From Promethearchaeota archaeon Loki_b31 (lineage in GTDB: Archaea > Asgardarchaeota > Lokiarchaeia > Sigyniarchaeales > SOKP01): a stretch of DNA of 64,000 nt. The translations under genes and the position numbers were made by a program. The notes under the pieces are model-generated. The model searched no databases. It had not been told where the DNA came from and was given only the letters and a program-made list of their open reading frames with translations. The stretch covers positions 70,962-134,961 of the forward strand of contig NJBI01000003.1 in NCBI GenBank assembly GCA_005222975.1, read 5' to 3'. Of the stretch, positions 21,510 to 31,846 are shown one piece after another. Each line of letters opens with the position of its first letter. Position 1 is the first letter of the stretch.

Positions 21510-21753
21510 TCAACATGTGTTTTATAAATATTATATTTATATAGATAATAAATATTTTTTATATATTCTATATATTTTTTGGTAGCATAAAAAAAGATGG
21601 TTTTTACAACACTTTTCCTCAAGAATTTATAGATTTGTTTTAATTTACAATTTATATTTTATATTATAAATTCTATTAATGAATGATTAATTTTGATATT
21701 TAGAGTTAAAACATCGATTTTAGCTTTTTTAGATTAATAATTTCTGACATGTT

Positions 21754-23589
21754 ATGGTGTTTAATAAGAAAGTATTAACAGCTGAGCCTGTGGTGGAGTT
21801 TTCTTCGGGAAAAGATCCGTATGTAAAATCGCGGAAAAAGGGGTCTACTAGATGGATTTTAGCTCATGTATTTCACGGCTCGAACAAGTTGTTTATAATT
21901 ATTATAATTATTATAATTATCCTTGGTGCTAATATATCCTCTATTACATATATTATAATAGGCGAAACAATATCAGCACTGTTGAGTGGAAAGACGGCTT
22001 TACTAGGAAATTATATCTTAACTTTATTTCTATTGGGGATAAGCGGTCCCGCAATGAGAATTGTGAGCCGAATGTTAATAGAGATTTTAGCGCAGAGGTT
22101 AGAAAGAGACGCACGAAGAGAGTTCTTCACAAATCTATTAGGAAAAAGTCAATCGTTTCACGACAGACAAAAAATAGGAGAGTTAATGGCAAGGGTTACA
22201 GATGATGTTAGGATGCTGAATTTCTTAATCAGCCCGGCTTTATCGTTAATTATAGAATCTTTTACATATCTATTTATCCCTATTATTTATATTGTTATGT
22301 ATTTCCCTTTTCAGTTAATAGTTGAACCTGTATTCTTTTCTATTTCATTCCTTATCTTATTGAAGTCTTATTCACGTAAAATTGGACCTGTAACGGCCCG
22401 TTTAAGGGCAAATTTTGGTTTAATGACTGCTTCTTTAAGTGAGACCTTATCGGGCATCGAAGTAGTTAAGGCTACAGTCCAAGAAGAAAAAGAGATGAAA
22501 AAGTATTCTACACATGTAGAAAATTATAAAAAGGCGTTTATTGAGCGAGGTAAGCTACAAGCAAAGTATCTCCCGATTTTAGTTCTAGCATTAGTTATAA
22601 CAGCAGGTTTTACTCATAGTATTGTGCTATTCAATTTCGGATTAATGAATATCGGGCAAATTATTGCTTTCTTAGGAATTTTGGGATTGCTCCGTTTTCC
22701 TACCAATATCTCTATGTTTGTTTTTGCTATCTTTAAATTAGCAGGATCGAGTGCAGATAGACTGCTCGAGTTAATGAATAAAAAAACTGAGATTGACGAG
22801 AATAAAGAAGGTAAAAAGAAAGTTTTTAATGGTAATATAATATTTGAGAATGTGGATTTTATCTACCCTGATGGTAAGATCTCTGTGTTAAAAGATATCT
22901 CGTTTGAAGTTAAACCTGGGCAGACAGTTGCGATAGTTGGTACAACTGGATCTGGAAAAACTACGCTAACTAAATTAATCTCGCGGCTATACGATGTTTC
23001 TAAAGGTAGAATTTTAATTGATGGGAGCGAAATTCGGGATTATGCTTTACAAACTTTGCGAGATCAAATTTCTTATATTGAACAAGATGTATTCTTATTC
23101 TCTACAACCATTTTTGATAATATATCTTTTGGGCGAGTAAGTTCATTGGAGCAAGTTATTAATGTAGCTCAACAAGCACAAGCACATGATTTTATCAGAG
23201 AGTTGCCTGAAGAATATCAGTCGAAGGTAGGAGAAAGAGGAGTTCAGCTTAGTGGAGGTGAAAGACAAAGAATTGCCATAGCACGAGCTTTTTTATCCGA
23301 TCCTCGGATTCTTATTTTAGACGATTCAACTTCAGCTATTGACTCTAACACAGAGGACAAAATTCAGTTTGCAATTAAAAACATTTTGAAAAATCGCACT
23401 ACAATTTTAATAACACACCGATTATCGCAAATTAGATGGGCTGATTTAATTATAGTTTTAAAAAATGGTGAAATCGCAGCTAAAGGGAACCATGAAGAAT
23501 TACTAAAAACATCTGAAGAATATCGCAAAATTTTCGTTAAGAAATTCGATATCGAAGAAGATCAATTACTTAAGGAGGTGAGAAAATAG
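21754..23589 (+). CDS. ABC exporter, TMD+NBD subunit 1 (degenerate Walker B, LILDD)
   Basis: GTTGSGKT, LSGGERQR, ILILDDSTS. Confidence 0.93.
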   Translation: MVFNKKVLTAEPVVEFSSGKDPYVKSRKKGSTRWILAHVFHGSNKLFIIIIIIIIILGANISSITYIIIGETISALLSGKTALLGNYILTLFLLGISGPAMRIVSRMLIEILAQRLERDARREFFTNLLGKSQSFHDRQKIGELMARVTDDVRMLNFLISPALSLIIESFTYLFIPIIYIVMYFPFQLIVEPVFFSISFLILLKSYSRKIGPVTARLRANFGLMTASLSETLSGIEVVKATVQEEKEMKKYSTHVENYKKAFIERGKLQAKYLPILVLALVITAGFTHSIVLFNFGLMNIGQIIAFLGILGLLRFPTNISMFVFAIFKLAGSSADRLLELMNKKTEIDENKEGKKKVFNGNIIFENVDFIYPDGKISVLKDISFEVKPGQTVAIVGTTGSGKTTLTKLISRLYDVSKGRILIDGSEIRDYALQTLRDQISYIEQDVFLFSTTIFDNISFGRVSSLEQVINVAQQAQAHDFIRELPEEYQSKVGERGVQLSGGERQRIAIARAFLSDPRILILDDSTSAIDSNTEDKIQFAIKNILKNRTTILITHRLSQIRWADLIIVLKNGEIAAKGNHEELLKTSEEYRKIFVKKFDIEEDQLLKEVRK

Positions 23590-23590
23590 C

Positions 23591-25396
23591 TTGTGGGTGG
23601 GTCTTGAAGCAGAAGAATACGATCGCAAATATCAAGATAAAGTTTTACTGAAACGGATTTTATCTTATTTCTCGCCTTATAAACGAGCAATGTTTCTTGT
23701 AATTTTCTTTCTTACTATCTCATCGCTTACTACCGCTTTTCAACCTATTATAGCTTCTCTAATTATTAGTAATTTAGAAACTGCTCCAGATTTAATCTAT
23801 GTTTTATTCTTAATCTTGATCATTTTTTTTTTTAATATTTCAAGCTGGGTTTTTAATTATATTAGACAGATATATTCTAATCGAGTAATTGGAAGCATAG
23901 TATTAGATATAAGAAAAGACGCTCACAAATCGGTTGTTAATCACGATTTGTCTTTCTTTGATAAAAATCCCTTAGGAAAAATATTTTCAAGAATTAACAC
24001 AGACTCAAGAGACTTCGGAGAAACTGTTGGGTTGTCAATTGATGTAGTTTCCTCTGTTGTAGTCTTAGTTCTTTTAGTAATTGTGATGTTTACTGTGAAT
24101 GTGGTTTTAACTCTCGTTCTCCTTATAACGCTCCCATTATTTTTCGTAGCAGCGTTGTCATTTAGGAAATTTGCGAGAAAGATGACTCTTCTTGGACAGC
24201 GTGCCCTAGCTTCAGTAAACGCCTATACAAAAGAAAGTTTTTCTGGCATCCAAATAGCAAAAACATTTAGGCGAGAAAAAAAAGTTTACGATGACTTCCT
24301 TCAAGTGAATAATCAATCCTATAAGGTAAATTTAAAAAGAGCTTTCTTGTTGAATGCTATCTTTCCTACTCTTGGTTTAATTCAAGGTTTTGTTACGATG
24401 TTATTAATTCTAATAGGCAGTAACTTGGTAATAGAAGGATTTGTTGGAGTAGGAGAATTAGTTCTCTTCATTCAAAGCATAAATCTATTATTTTTTCCCT
24501 TACTTATTATAGCATCTTTCTGGCCTATGTTTCAAACTGGTATGGCAGCTTCGGAGAGAATTTTTGCAATAATTGATACTCTCCCTCTTGTTGTTCAAAA
24601 TGACAGCATTAAACCTTCAAAACTAAAAGGTGAAATTGAATTCAAGAATTTATCATTTCGATACGATAAGGCTAAATTAGTATTTGATAACTTCTCACTG
24701 AAAGTTAACCCAGGAGAATCAATTGCTCTCGTTGGCCATACTGGGGCTGGTAAATCTAGTATTGCTAAATTAATCTCTAGATTTTACGAATTCCAAGGTG
24801 GAGATATTATAGTTGATGGCAAGAGTATTAGAGATTACGATCTTAAAGAATATAGGAAGCACATAGGTATTATCCCACAAACACCGTTCTTATGGGCTGA
24901 TACTGTAGAAAACAATACCAAATATGGACATGAATCTGCGACAAAAGAGGAAGTTATCAAAGCTTTAGAAATAAGTGGGGGATCTGAATGGATCGAGAGC
25001 CTTCCTGACGGTTTAGAGACAAATGTTAGAGAAAGAGGATCTCTTCTCTCAATGGGACAGCGCCAACTAATTGTTTTCGCTCGTGTTCTGTTAGAAAATC
25101 CATCAATTCTTATCTTAGACGAAGCAACGGCTTCAGTAGATCCATTTACTGAAACAAAAATTCAAGATGCTTTAGAAAAGACGATTGAAGGACGCACTTC
25201 AATTATTATTGCTCATCGCTTATGGACCGTTAGACGCGTTGATAGAATTGTCGTTCTGGATCATGGTAAAATAGTGGAAGAAGGAAATCACGATGAGTTG
25301 ATGAAACATGGAGGAACTTACGCCAATCTTTATAACACGTATTTCAGGCACCAATCTTTAGAGTATATTGAAGAAATGGGTAATTTAAAGATCTAA
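23591..25396 (+). CDS. ABC exporter, TMD+NBD subunit 2 (heterodimer partner)
   Basis: GHTGAGKS, LSMGQRQ, LILDEATA, IAHRL. Translationally coupled to subunit 1. Confidence 0.93.
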   Translation: MWVGLEAEEYDRKYQDKVLLKRILSYFSPYKRAMFLVIFFLTISSLTTAFQPIIASLIISNLETAPDLIYVLFLILIIFFFNISSWVFNYIRQIYSNRVIGSIVLDIRKDAHKSVVNHDLSFFDKNPLGKIFSRINTDSRDFGETVGLSIDVVSSVVVLVLLVIVMFTVNVVLTLVLLITLPLFFVAALSFRKFARKMTLLGQRALASVNAYTKESFSGIQIAKTFRREKKVYDDFLQVNNQSYKVNLKRAFLLNAIFPTLGLIQGFVTMLLILIGSNLVIEGFVGVGELVLFIQSINLLFFPLLIIASFWPMFQTGMAASERIFAIIDTLPLVVQNDSIKPSKLKGEIEFKNLSFRYDKAKLVFDNFSLKVNPGESIALVGHTGAGKSSIAKLISRFYEFQGGDIIVDGKSIRDYDLKEYRKHIGIIPQTPFLWADTVENNTKYGHESATKEEVIKALEISGGSEWIESLPDGLETNVRERGSLLSMGQRQLIVFARVLLENPSILILDEATASVDPFTETKIQDALEKTIEGRTSIIIAHRLWTVRRVDRIVVLDHGKIVEEGNHDELMKHGGTYANLYNTYFRHQSLEYIEEMGNLKI

Positions 25397-25502
25397 AATA
25401 AAAAAAAGAAACTTTAATATTTGATAACTTCGAAACTTAGATTAATTTAATTTAATTCTATATCTCAATTAAATTAATATCTAACAACTTAAAGGGATTA
25501 AG

Positions 25503-26417
25503 ATGAATGAAAAATATTTTAAAAATAAAAACGCAGTAATCACTGGAGCAGCAAGCGGGATTGGCCGATCTTTAGCCTTAGAACTTGCCAAAATGGGGAC
25601 TAACCTTGTGATTTCAGATATTAACTTGGAGCGATTAGAAAACGTAAAAGAAGAAGTGGAAGCTTATAAAGTTAAAGTGGTCTCAAAGAAGTGCGATGTC
25701 TCGAAAAAATCGGATGTTAAAAGCTTGCGAGATTTAACGCTCTCAAACATGCAGGATGTACATTTTCTTTTTAGTAACGCAGGAATAGCAGCAGGCGGAC
25801 ATCTTGAAAGCTTTTCAAACGAAATATGGAGGAATGTCATCAATGTAAACATATGGGGCATGATTAATTTAGTTTATGCGTTTATTCCTAAAATGGTAGA
25901 ACAAGGTTTTGGGCACATTATTGTAACCAGCTCTATTGCGGGAATAATTGGAGCTGGTGGATTAATTCCGTACAGCACCTCTAAATTTGCTAATTTTGGA
26001 TTCTGTGAAGCTTTGTACGGAGAATTTAAAGATAAAGGAATAGATGTTTCTATTATTTGCCCGTTCCCTATTAAAACTAATCTAATTGAGACAGCGAAAA
26101 TCAGTTTTTCTCCCGAATTACTTAATAAATATAGTCAAGAACAATTAGCTAAAGCCTTTGAAATTGGAAAGGAGCATTATTGGAACGAATTCACAAAAGG
26201 AGGATACGAATTAGAGCGTGCAATACACATCTATCTCAAAAAAATCGCTAAGAAGAAGCTTTATATAAGTGAACGTAAAATAGCAAGATTTCTCTTTTTT
26301 ATAAAAGGTCTGTGGCCAAATTTTTATAAAAAGCTCGTGAGGAAAGTAGGTGCTGAACACATTAATGTGTTGGACGAATCAACTCAAACAGCCATTGATT
26401 TCATAGAAAATATCTAA
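25503..26417 (+). CDS. Short-chain dehydrogenase/reductase
   Basis: TGAASGIG, NAGI, YSTSK. Confidence 0.92.
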   Translation: MNEKYFKNKNAVITGAASGIGRSLALELAKMGTNLVISDINLERLENVKEEVEAYKVKVVSKKCDVSKKSDVKSLRDLTLSNMQDVHFLFSNAGIAAGGHLESFSNEIWRNVINVNIWGMINLVYAFIPKMVEQGFGHIIVTSSIAGIIGAGGLIPYSTSKFANFGFCEALYGEFKDKGIDVSIICPFPIKTNLIETAKISFSPELLNKYSQEQLAKAFEIGKEHYWNEFTKGGYELERAIHIYLKKIAKKKLYISERKIARFLFFIKGLWPNFYKKLVRKVGAEHINVLDESTQTAIDFIENI

Positions 26418-26519
26418 ATAATTAAAGCAATAATTTTAAAAAATTGAATATAAGAAATTTGAGAAATAAATTTTTAAATTAATTTTTTTTATTTAGTAGA
26501 TTTAATTGAATTTTTAATT

Positions 26520-27026
26520 TTACAGGAATAATTCCATAAATATCTCATCATCGTAATTCCCATTTAACTTAACTTGTTTAGCTAAAACTCCTTTTTTAAT
26601 AAATCCTAATTTTTTATAGAAATTTTGTGCTTTATTATTGCTCCCTCGAACATAAATAATAATTTTTTCATAGCGATTCAATTTAGCAAAATTTATTGTG
26701 AAGCGTGCCAATTGTTCTCCAATTCCATTTCTCCTCCAATTAGGAAGGATAAAAGTACCAATAACGCCAACATGATCGAACGAGTTTGTATATTTTGCCC
26801 ATAGATCTAAAGATTGGAATCCTACTATTTGTTTTTTAATTTCTGCTAAAAAAATCCCTTCTCGATCGGAGAGTTGGGCTATATATGTTCTCTCTTGTTC
26901 AGATGTAAAAGGAATATTAACCGCAGTATAAATTTTTTCAGCACAAATAACTTTCCATATTGAAGAAATTGCTCTTGCATCGTCAATTGTTGCTTTATGT
27001 ATATTCAAGTCCATTATTTTTCTCAA
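26520..27026 (-). CDS. GNAT-family N-acetyltransferase
   Basis: ILPNWRRNGIG, NNKAQNFYKKLGF. Confidence 0.9.
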   Translation of the reverse strand: MRKIMDLNIHKATIDDARAISSIWKVICAEKIYTAVNIPFTSEQERTYIAQLSDREGIFLAEIKKQIVGFQSLDLWAKYTNSFDHVGVIGTFILPNWRRNGIGEQLARFTINFAKLNRYEKIIIYVRGSNNKAQNFYKKLGFIKKGVLAKQVKLNGNYDDEIFMELFL

Positions 27027-27140
27027 AACTATGATTTATATTATATAATATTAAATTGAATTATCATATTATGTTTTCTAAGTTAAGAAAATGTAAAAAT
27101 AATTGATATTATAAATAAAAGAAAAAAAAGAATAGTTTAT

Positions 27141-28499
27141 TTATAGGCGAGTAATATATCTGTTCCGTTCCCACTCGCTTACAACAACTCGATAGGCATC
27201 GTTTTCTTCTAACTTCGCGTAATAGAAGTTTTTAAATGGTTCTTCTCCAAACACTTCCTTCAAAAAATCTGAATTTCTAAACTCATTCAAGGCTTCGCTT
27301 AAACTTCCAGGTAGGGTGTTAATTCCTTCTTTTATCATCTCTTTCGTTGTCAAATTGTAGACATTTCTATCCGTTGGTTCAGTGATTTCTATATCGTCTG
27401 ATAAAATTCCGTCCAATCCAGCTGATAAAAGGACCGCAAATTGTAAGTATGGATTTCCAGCAGGATCAGGACATCTTATCTCGCATCGAGCAGCAGAAGT
27501 TTTACCGTGAAATTCGGGCACTCGTATTAAAGGTGACCTATTCCTAAAACCCCACGCAATATAAACAGGCGCTTCAAAACCCGGTACAAGTCGCTTGTAA
27601 GAATTAGGCCAACTGCTTAGAACCGCACACATAGCTTTCGCGTGTTTAAGTTGCCCAGCGATCCACTTCTTCATAGAATAAGAAATAAAAGCCGGATCGG
27701 ATTCATCGTAAAATATATTTACTCCGTTTTTCCAAAGACTCTGATGGACGTGCATCCCAGAACCATTTATGCCATCAAAAGGTTTGGGCATAAATGTTGC
27801 CGTCATGTTATTCTTTGCTGCGACTGTCTTGACTATCATTTTAATTATATTCGTATTGTCAGCAGTTTCTACTGCTTTACCATAGCGAAAATCGATTTCG
27901 TGCTGTCCTAATGCAACCTCGTGGTGTAAACATTCGATCTCAATTCCAAAAGCGTCGCAATATTCAGCAATCGTGTATCTCATTTTTTCGTTAATATCAT
28001 ACGGATCGTAATCAAAATAACCCCTCATATCTGACGGTTTAAACGCTGCCTCTCTTGATTGTTGTTCTAACATAAAAAATTCCATTTCTGGCGCGCAATA
28101 AAATGTGAATCCGTGTTTTTCCGCCTTTTTAACGGCTTTTTGAAGAATATAGCGAGGATCGCCCCCAAATCTCGTACCATCAGGATTATATATGTCGCAA
28201 AAAACGCGAGCAACCTTTCTATTGTCGTTCCTCCAAGGAACAATGTTAAATGTGCTAGGATCAGGAAGTGCGATTTTATCAGATTCCTCTATGGCTCCAT
28301 AACCCGTTATGGAACTCCCATCAAAGTTCTCGCCTATATCAAAAAATTCTTCGATCCTTTTAGAATTTATCTCAAAAGACTTAATAATACCTTGAATATC
28401 GGTAAACTGAAGGTATATAAATTTAATATCTTCTTCTTTAACCTTCTCAATTACAGCCTCACATAACCCTTTCCTCTTCGGATCTTCCTTTTCAATCAT
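27141..28499 (-). CDS. glnA: Glutamine synthetase type I
   Basis: FDGSSI, HHEVALGQHEI, FMPKP, NGSGMHVHQS, NSYKRLVPGFEAP, EIRCPDPAGNPY. Confidence 0.96.
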   Translation of the reverse strand: MIEKEDPKRKGLCEAVIEKVKEEDIKFIYLQFTDIQGIIKSFEINSKRIEEFFDIGENFDGSSITGYGAIEESDKIALPDPSTFNIVPWRNDNRKVARVFCDIYNPDGTRFGGDPRYILQKAVKKAEKHGFTFYCAPEMEFFMLEQQSREAAFKPSDMRGYFDYDPYDINEKMRYTIAEYCDAFGIEIECLHHEVALGQHEIDFRYGKAVETADNTNIIKMIVKTVAAKNNMTATFMPKPFDGINGSGMHVHQSLWKNGVNIFYDESDPAFISYSMKKWIAGQLKHAKAMCAVLSSWPNSYKRLVPGFEAPVYIAWGFRNRSPLIRVPEFHGKTSAARCEIRCPDPAGNPYLQFAVLLSAGLDGILSDDIEITEPTDRNVYNLTTKEMIKEGINTLPGSLSEALNEFRNSDFLKEVFGEEPFKNFYYAKLEENDAYRVVVSEWERNRYITRL

Positions 28500-28691
28500 T
28501 TTTTACATCAATCATTTTTTTAAGTTTTGATAATGGAAATTATTCCACTTTTTGAATAAAAATGTGATATGGAATTTATAAATTTACTGATTAACTAGCG
28601 ATTTATTTTAGAAAATGTATAAAAAACTAAAATTGTGGTACAACAAAAATCTATCTTCTTGATTTTTAAGAGCGAATAGAAATTTATGGAT

Positions 28692-29636
28692 TCAAAAAAA
28701 ATCCATATCATGACTTAACATAGGGTTTTTTTCCGTACATGGAACCCCAAATTGGCAAAATTCACAACCTACAAGGAAAATATCTTCTTTTAATTTCCAG
28801 TTAATACGGCGGGAATCAGGCTTCAGAATTGAACCAAGACGCGGTACCATTTTTCTTGCAACCTTCATACGATATTTATTACATTTTACTTTATTATGTC
28901 CTTTTACTGTAATCGCATTTGCAGGGCACTTGTTAATGCATTCTTTGCAAATTCCTTTTGCATAATATAAACAATTAGCGTAAGGTTCATCGCTCTTTCT
29001 TCGAGAAATTTTGATTGGGGCATTAGTAACCACGGAGGCTAATCGAATATTACATCCTACTTCAGTGATAAGTCCTTCGTGCAAACTAAAGGTTCCTAAT
29101 CCCGTAGCAAAAGCGATATATCTTTCAGACCAAGTAGAATAATATCCTCCTTTTAAAACAATTGTATAAGAATCACTAAACATCCCAGATATAGCATTAT
29201 AGCTTTTTTCTTTAAAGAAATTAATTGTTTGCTTTATTATATGCCTTTTGAATTCATTGCCATAATTTCTAGCAACGGAATAGATTTCAGCTGGCAATAT
29301 TATTTTAGGTAATACAATTCGGTTATTACTTTCCTTGCGAATCTTATCAGCAAAAGGAAACACTACTGATACTACATAAAGGTCCGACGCTGACAATTGA
29401 TCTTGACCACTTGCTATCCACATTTCTAGAGGTGTTAAATGTTTCTGACCTATAATTTTTTTAAACTTATGAAAAATGGGATCATTGCCTTGAGCAACGC
29501 CTACTAATGGATGAGAAAATATTTTTTCACCCCCATATTTCTCTGGAAGACGGTTAAGCTTGCTAATTTTAAATTCTTCTTCTAAAAATCTTAATAATTC
29601 ATCATTCATTAATTCTAAAGAATCAGATTGCTCCAT
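28692..29636 (-). CDS. Epoxyqueuosine reductase (QueG)/reductive-dehalogenase-like Fe-S protein
   Basis: WSERYIAFATGLGTF, GCNIRLASVVT, C..CKECINKCP, GCEFCQFGVPC. Confidence 0.75.
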   Translation of the reverse strand: MEQSDSLELMNDELLRFLEEEFKISKLNRLPEKYGGEKIFSHPLVGVAQGNDPIFHKFKKIIGQKHLTPLEMWIASGQDQLSASDLYVVSVVFPFADKIRKESNNRIVLPKIILPAEIYSVARNYGNEFKRHIIKQTINFFKEKSYNAISGMFSDSYTIVLKGGYYSTWSERYIAFATGLGTFSLHEGLITEVGCNIRLASVVTNAPIKISRRKSDEPYANCLYYAKGICKECINKCPANAITVKGHNKVKCNKYRMKVARKMVPRLGSILKPDSRRINWKLKEDIFLVGCEFCQFGVPCTEKNPMLSHDMDFF

Positions 29637-29786
29637 TTTTAAAATTTTATTAAATTTTCAATTTTCATTTATATTTTGAACCGTTTAATATATAGGAAAT
29701 ATTGATTTTTAAAATATTTCATAAAATAAAGATATTAAAACTAAAAGAAGATATAATTTTTCGAGTTCGATTTTAAAAAATGGATT

Positions 29787-30689
29787 TTAAAATTCAGACA
29801 TATACTTATAAAAATGCTTAAAAAATCCTTTAGTTTTGTGAGTAATGTAATTTCCTTTAATCTTTGGGTCGTCAATTACATTTTGAATATTGTAACCCTC
29901 TTTTATTACAAAAAAATTCATATATTTATTTGATATAGCCTTTTCTGGGCAAATGTAAACACAACGCATACAAAAAGTGCACTTATTTCCAAATATTATT
30001 TTCTCATTACTTATAGATATGTTTCCTGTGGGGCATTCTCTTATACATTTACCACATAAATTACATGAGTCTGTTGTTATTAGATATTTGCCAAAATAAG
30101 ACGCACCATTACTCTCTGCTTTATTGAACAAATAAGTTCCAATTTTTAGGCATAAATTATTTTTTTGAAGATTTATCTTTCCCAATAGTATTTCTTTGGT
30201 TCTCCTTTTAACCTTCTTAACAGCTACTTCGTATAACTGTTTAATTAAAGAATCATCGTATTTAAACATTACATTAGCAGGCATAACAATCAGGCTTTCG
30301 TGAAATACTTTATATCCCTTTTTACTAAGATGTTTTCTAACCAAGCTTGTAGACCCTCCATAACAGAGTGGATCTCCTGCTGTTTTGAAAGTAAATGTTT
30401 TTTTATCCTCTATATTTGGCAACCTGTCAAGAAAATCAAAAAATATTTTTGGAGCGCTAAACGCATGTACAGGGTGTCCAAAACCTAGAAGGTCGTAATC
30501 GCTTATAGAAAGCGCAAGTTTTTTATTTAAAACATCCTCAATAGGTATAAGCTTTGTACTGAACCCTTTCCTTTTGAACTCGTTTGCAAACAAATTCGCA
30601 ACTAATTTAGTATTTCCCGTTCCAGAAAAATAGAAAATTCCTATATTTTGAATATTCATTTTTATTTCATTCCATAAATTAAATCTCAA
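29787..30689 (-). CDS. EFR1-type flavodoxin-ferredoxin fusion
   Basis: YFSGTGNT plus two CxxCxxCxxxCP motifs. Confidence 0.9.
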   Translation of the reverse strand: MRFNLWNEIKMNIQNIGIFYFSGTGNTKLVANLFANEFKRKGFSTKLIPIEDVLNKKLALSISDYDLLGFGHPVHAFSAPKIFFDFLDRLPNIEDKKTFTFKTAGDPLCYGGSTSLVRKHLSKKGYKVFHESLIVMPANVMFKYDDSLIKQLYEVAVKKVKRRTKEILLGKINLQKNNLCLKIGTYLFNKAESNGASYFGKYLITTDSCNLCGKCIRECPTGNISISNEKIIFGNKCTFCMRCVYICPEKAISNKYMNFFVIKEGYNIQNVIDDPKIKGNYITHKTKGFFKHFYKYMSEF

Positions 30690-30875
30690 GTTATTCAGTT
30701 AAAGTTAATGAACTATTCTTTAATATTCTTTAAACTTGCGATTCATTTATGAAATAATTTTAATTGTTAAAAATTGGACTCAATATTTTTTAATAATGTT
30801 ATGTCATTTTACATTTTAAGAATCTCTTGCTAAAAGAGAATAAATGATAAGAAGAAATAAAGAGAGTGAAAAAAA

Positions 30876-31442
30876 CTGTCAAGTGAAAAGTATAAACATC
30901 GTTATTATTCTAAAAAGAAATACGAAGCTGCCATTAGCATTTTTGGGACTGGGCTTGTATTTCTATTAGTTGCGATTATGTCGTTAGTTTTTAGAGCGAT
31001 TAATTTTGACCTCATTGGCTTATCAAGTTGGGGATTTTGGTTGTTCATTCCTGCCTTTTTTATTACCATTGGTGGGTTCCAACAGATCTACACTAACATT
31101 CAATTCCAAAAAGCAGTAAGAGTTGCAATATTGGACCGTGGCAATCAGGGTGCTCATAAATTAGAAGATATAGCGCTTGAAGTCGGGATTAAACCTAAGG
31201 ATGTGCTTCGGGTCCTAATCGATTTGCGCCAAAAAGGAGTTATTAGTTATCGTTTTAATTCTGAAACTGGCGAGATTATCCTTGGAGAGAATGTCGTTTA
31301 CGCTCCTGTTGATAATTACATAGCCCCACCTAAGAATCTTGCAGAACCCTTATCAACAGAGGGAAAGAGTTATTGCGTTTATTGTGGTCAGCAACTTCGA
31401 AACGGATCCTTATTCTGTGAGAACTGCGGGTCCAAAATTTAA
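30876..31442 (+). CDS. Membrane protein with wHTH-like middle domain and C-terminal double zinc ribbon; probable CTG start
   Basis: Frame is open from 30870. CTG 30876 follows GAGAGTGA and adds a complete first TM helix to the 30978 ORF. C-terminal CVYCG..CENCG. Confidence 0.7.
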   Translation: MSSEKYKHRYYSKKKYEAAISIFGTGLVFLLVAIMSLVFRAINFDLIGLSSWGFWLFIPAFFITIGGFQQIYTNIQFQKAVRVAILDRGNQGAHKLEDIALEVGIKPKDVLRVLIDLRQKGVISYRFNSETGEIILGENVVYAPVDNYIAPPKNLAEPLSTEGKSYCVYCGQQLRNGSLFCENCGSKI

Positions 31443-31515
31443 TTTAAGTAACCAATACTTCAAAAAGCAATTTTATTTTATTTTTCTTTTTGCTAAACTT
31501 ATTTGATTTTAAATC

Positions 31516-31686
31516 TCAATGTATTGTTTTATTATTTCGACAGCTTTTACAGACTAATTCTATGTAATTACATGATTCTCTCAAGAACAATTTGTGATGT
31601 TTTAGTTCGCACTTATAACACTCCTTCTTTCGATAAAAGAAATTAGGAATAAGATGTTCATAAGATATTATTTTTAGACTATTCAT
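31516..31686 (-). CDS. Unannotated 56-aa zinc-ribbon microprotein
   Basis: MNSLKIISYEHLIPNFFYRKKECYKCELKHHKLFLRESCNYIELVCKSCRNNKTIH*; CxxC-x19-CxxC. Below the ORF-track cutoff. Confidence 0.5.
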   Translation of the reverse strand: MNSLKIISYEHLIPNFFYRKKECYKCELKHHKLFLRESCNYIELVCKSCRNNKTIH

Positions 31687-31846
31687 AGGGAGTTAAATAT
31701 CAAAGTTCTTTTTAAGTCCAACCACGGTAGAGATTTTTCGTTTGTAAATTACTTAATTGCGTTGTAGTAAAAGATTTATTATTACCTTCTAATTACTAAG
31801 ATAAGGATGATCAAAAAATTTTATTGAGAAAATAGAAGGCAATGTA

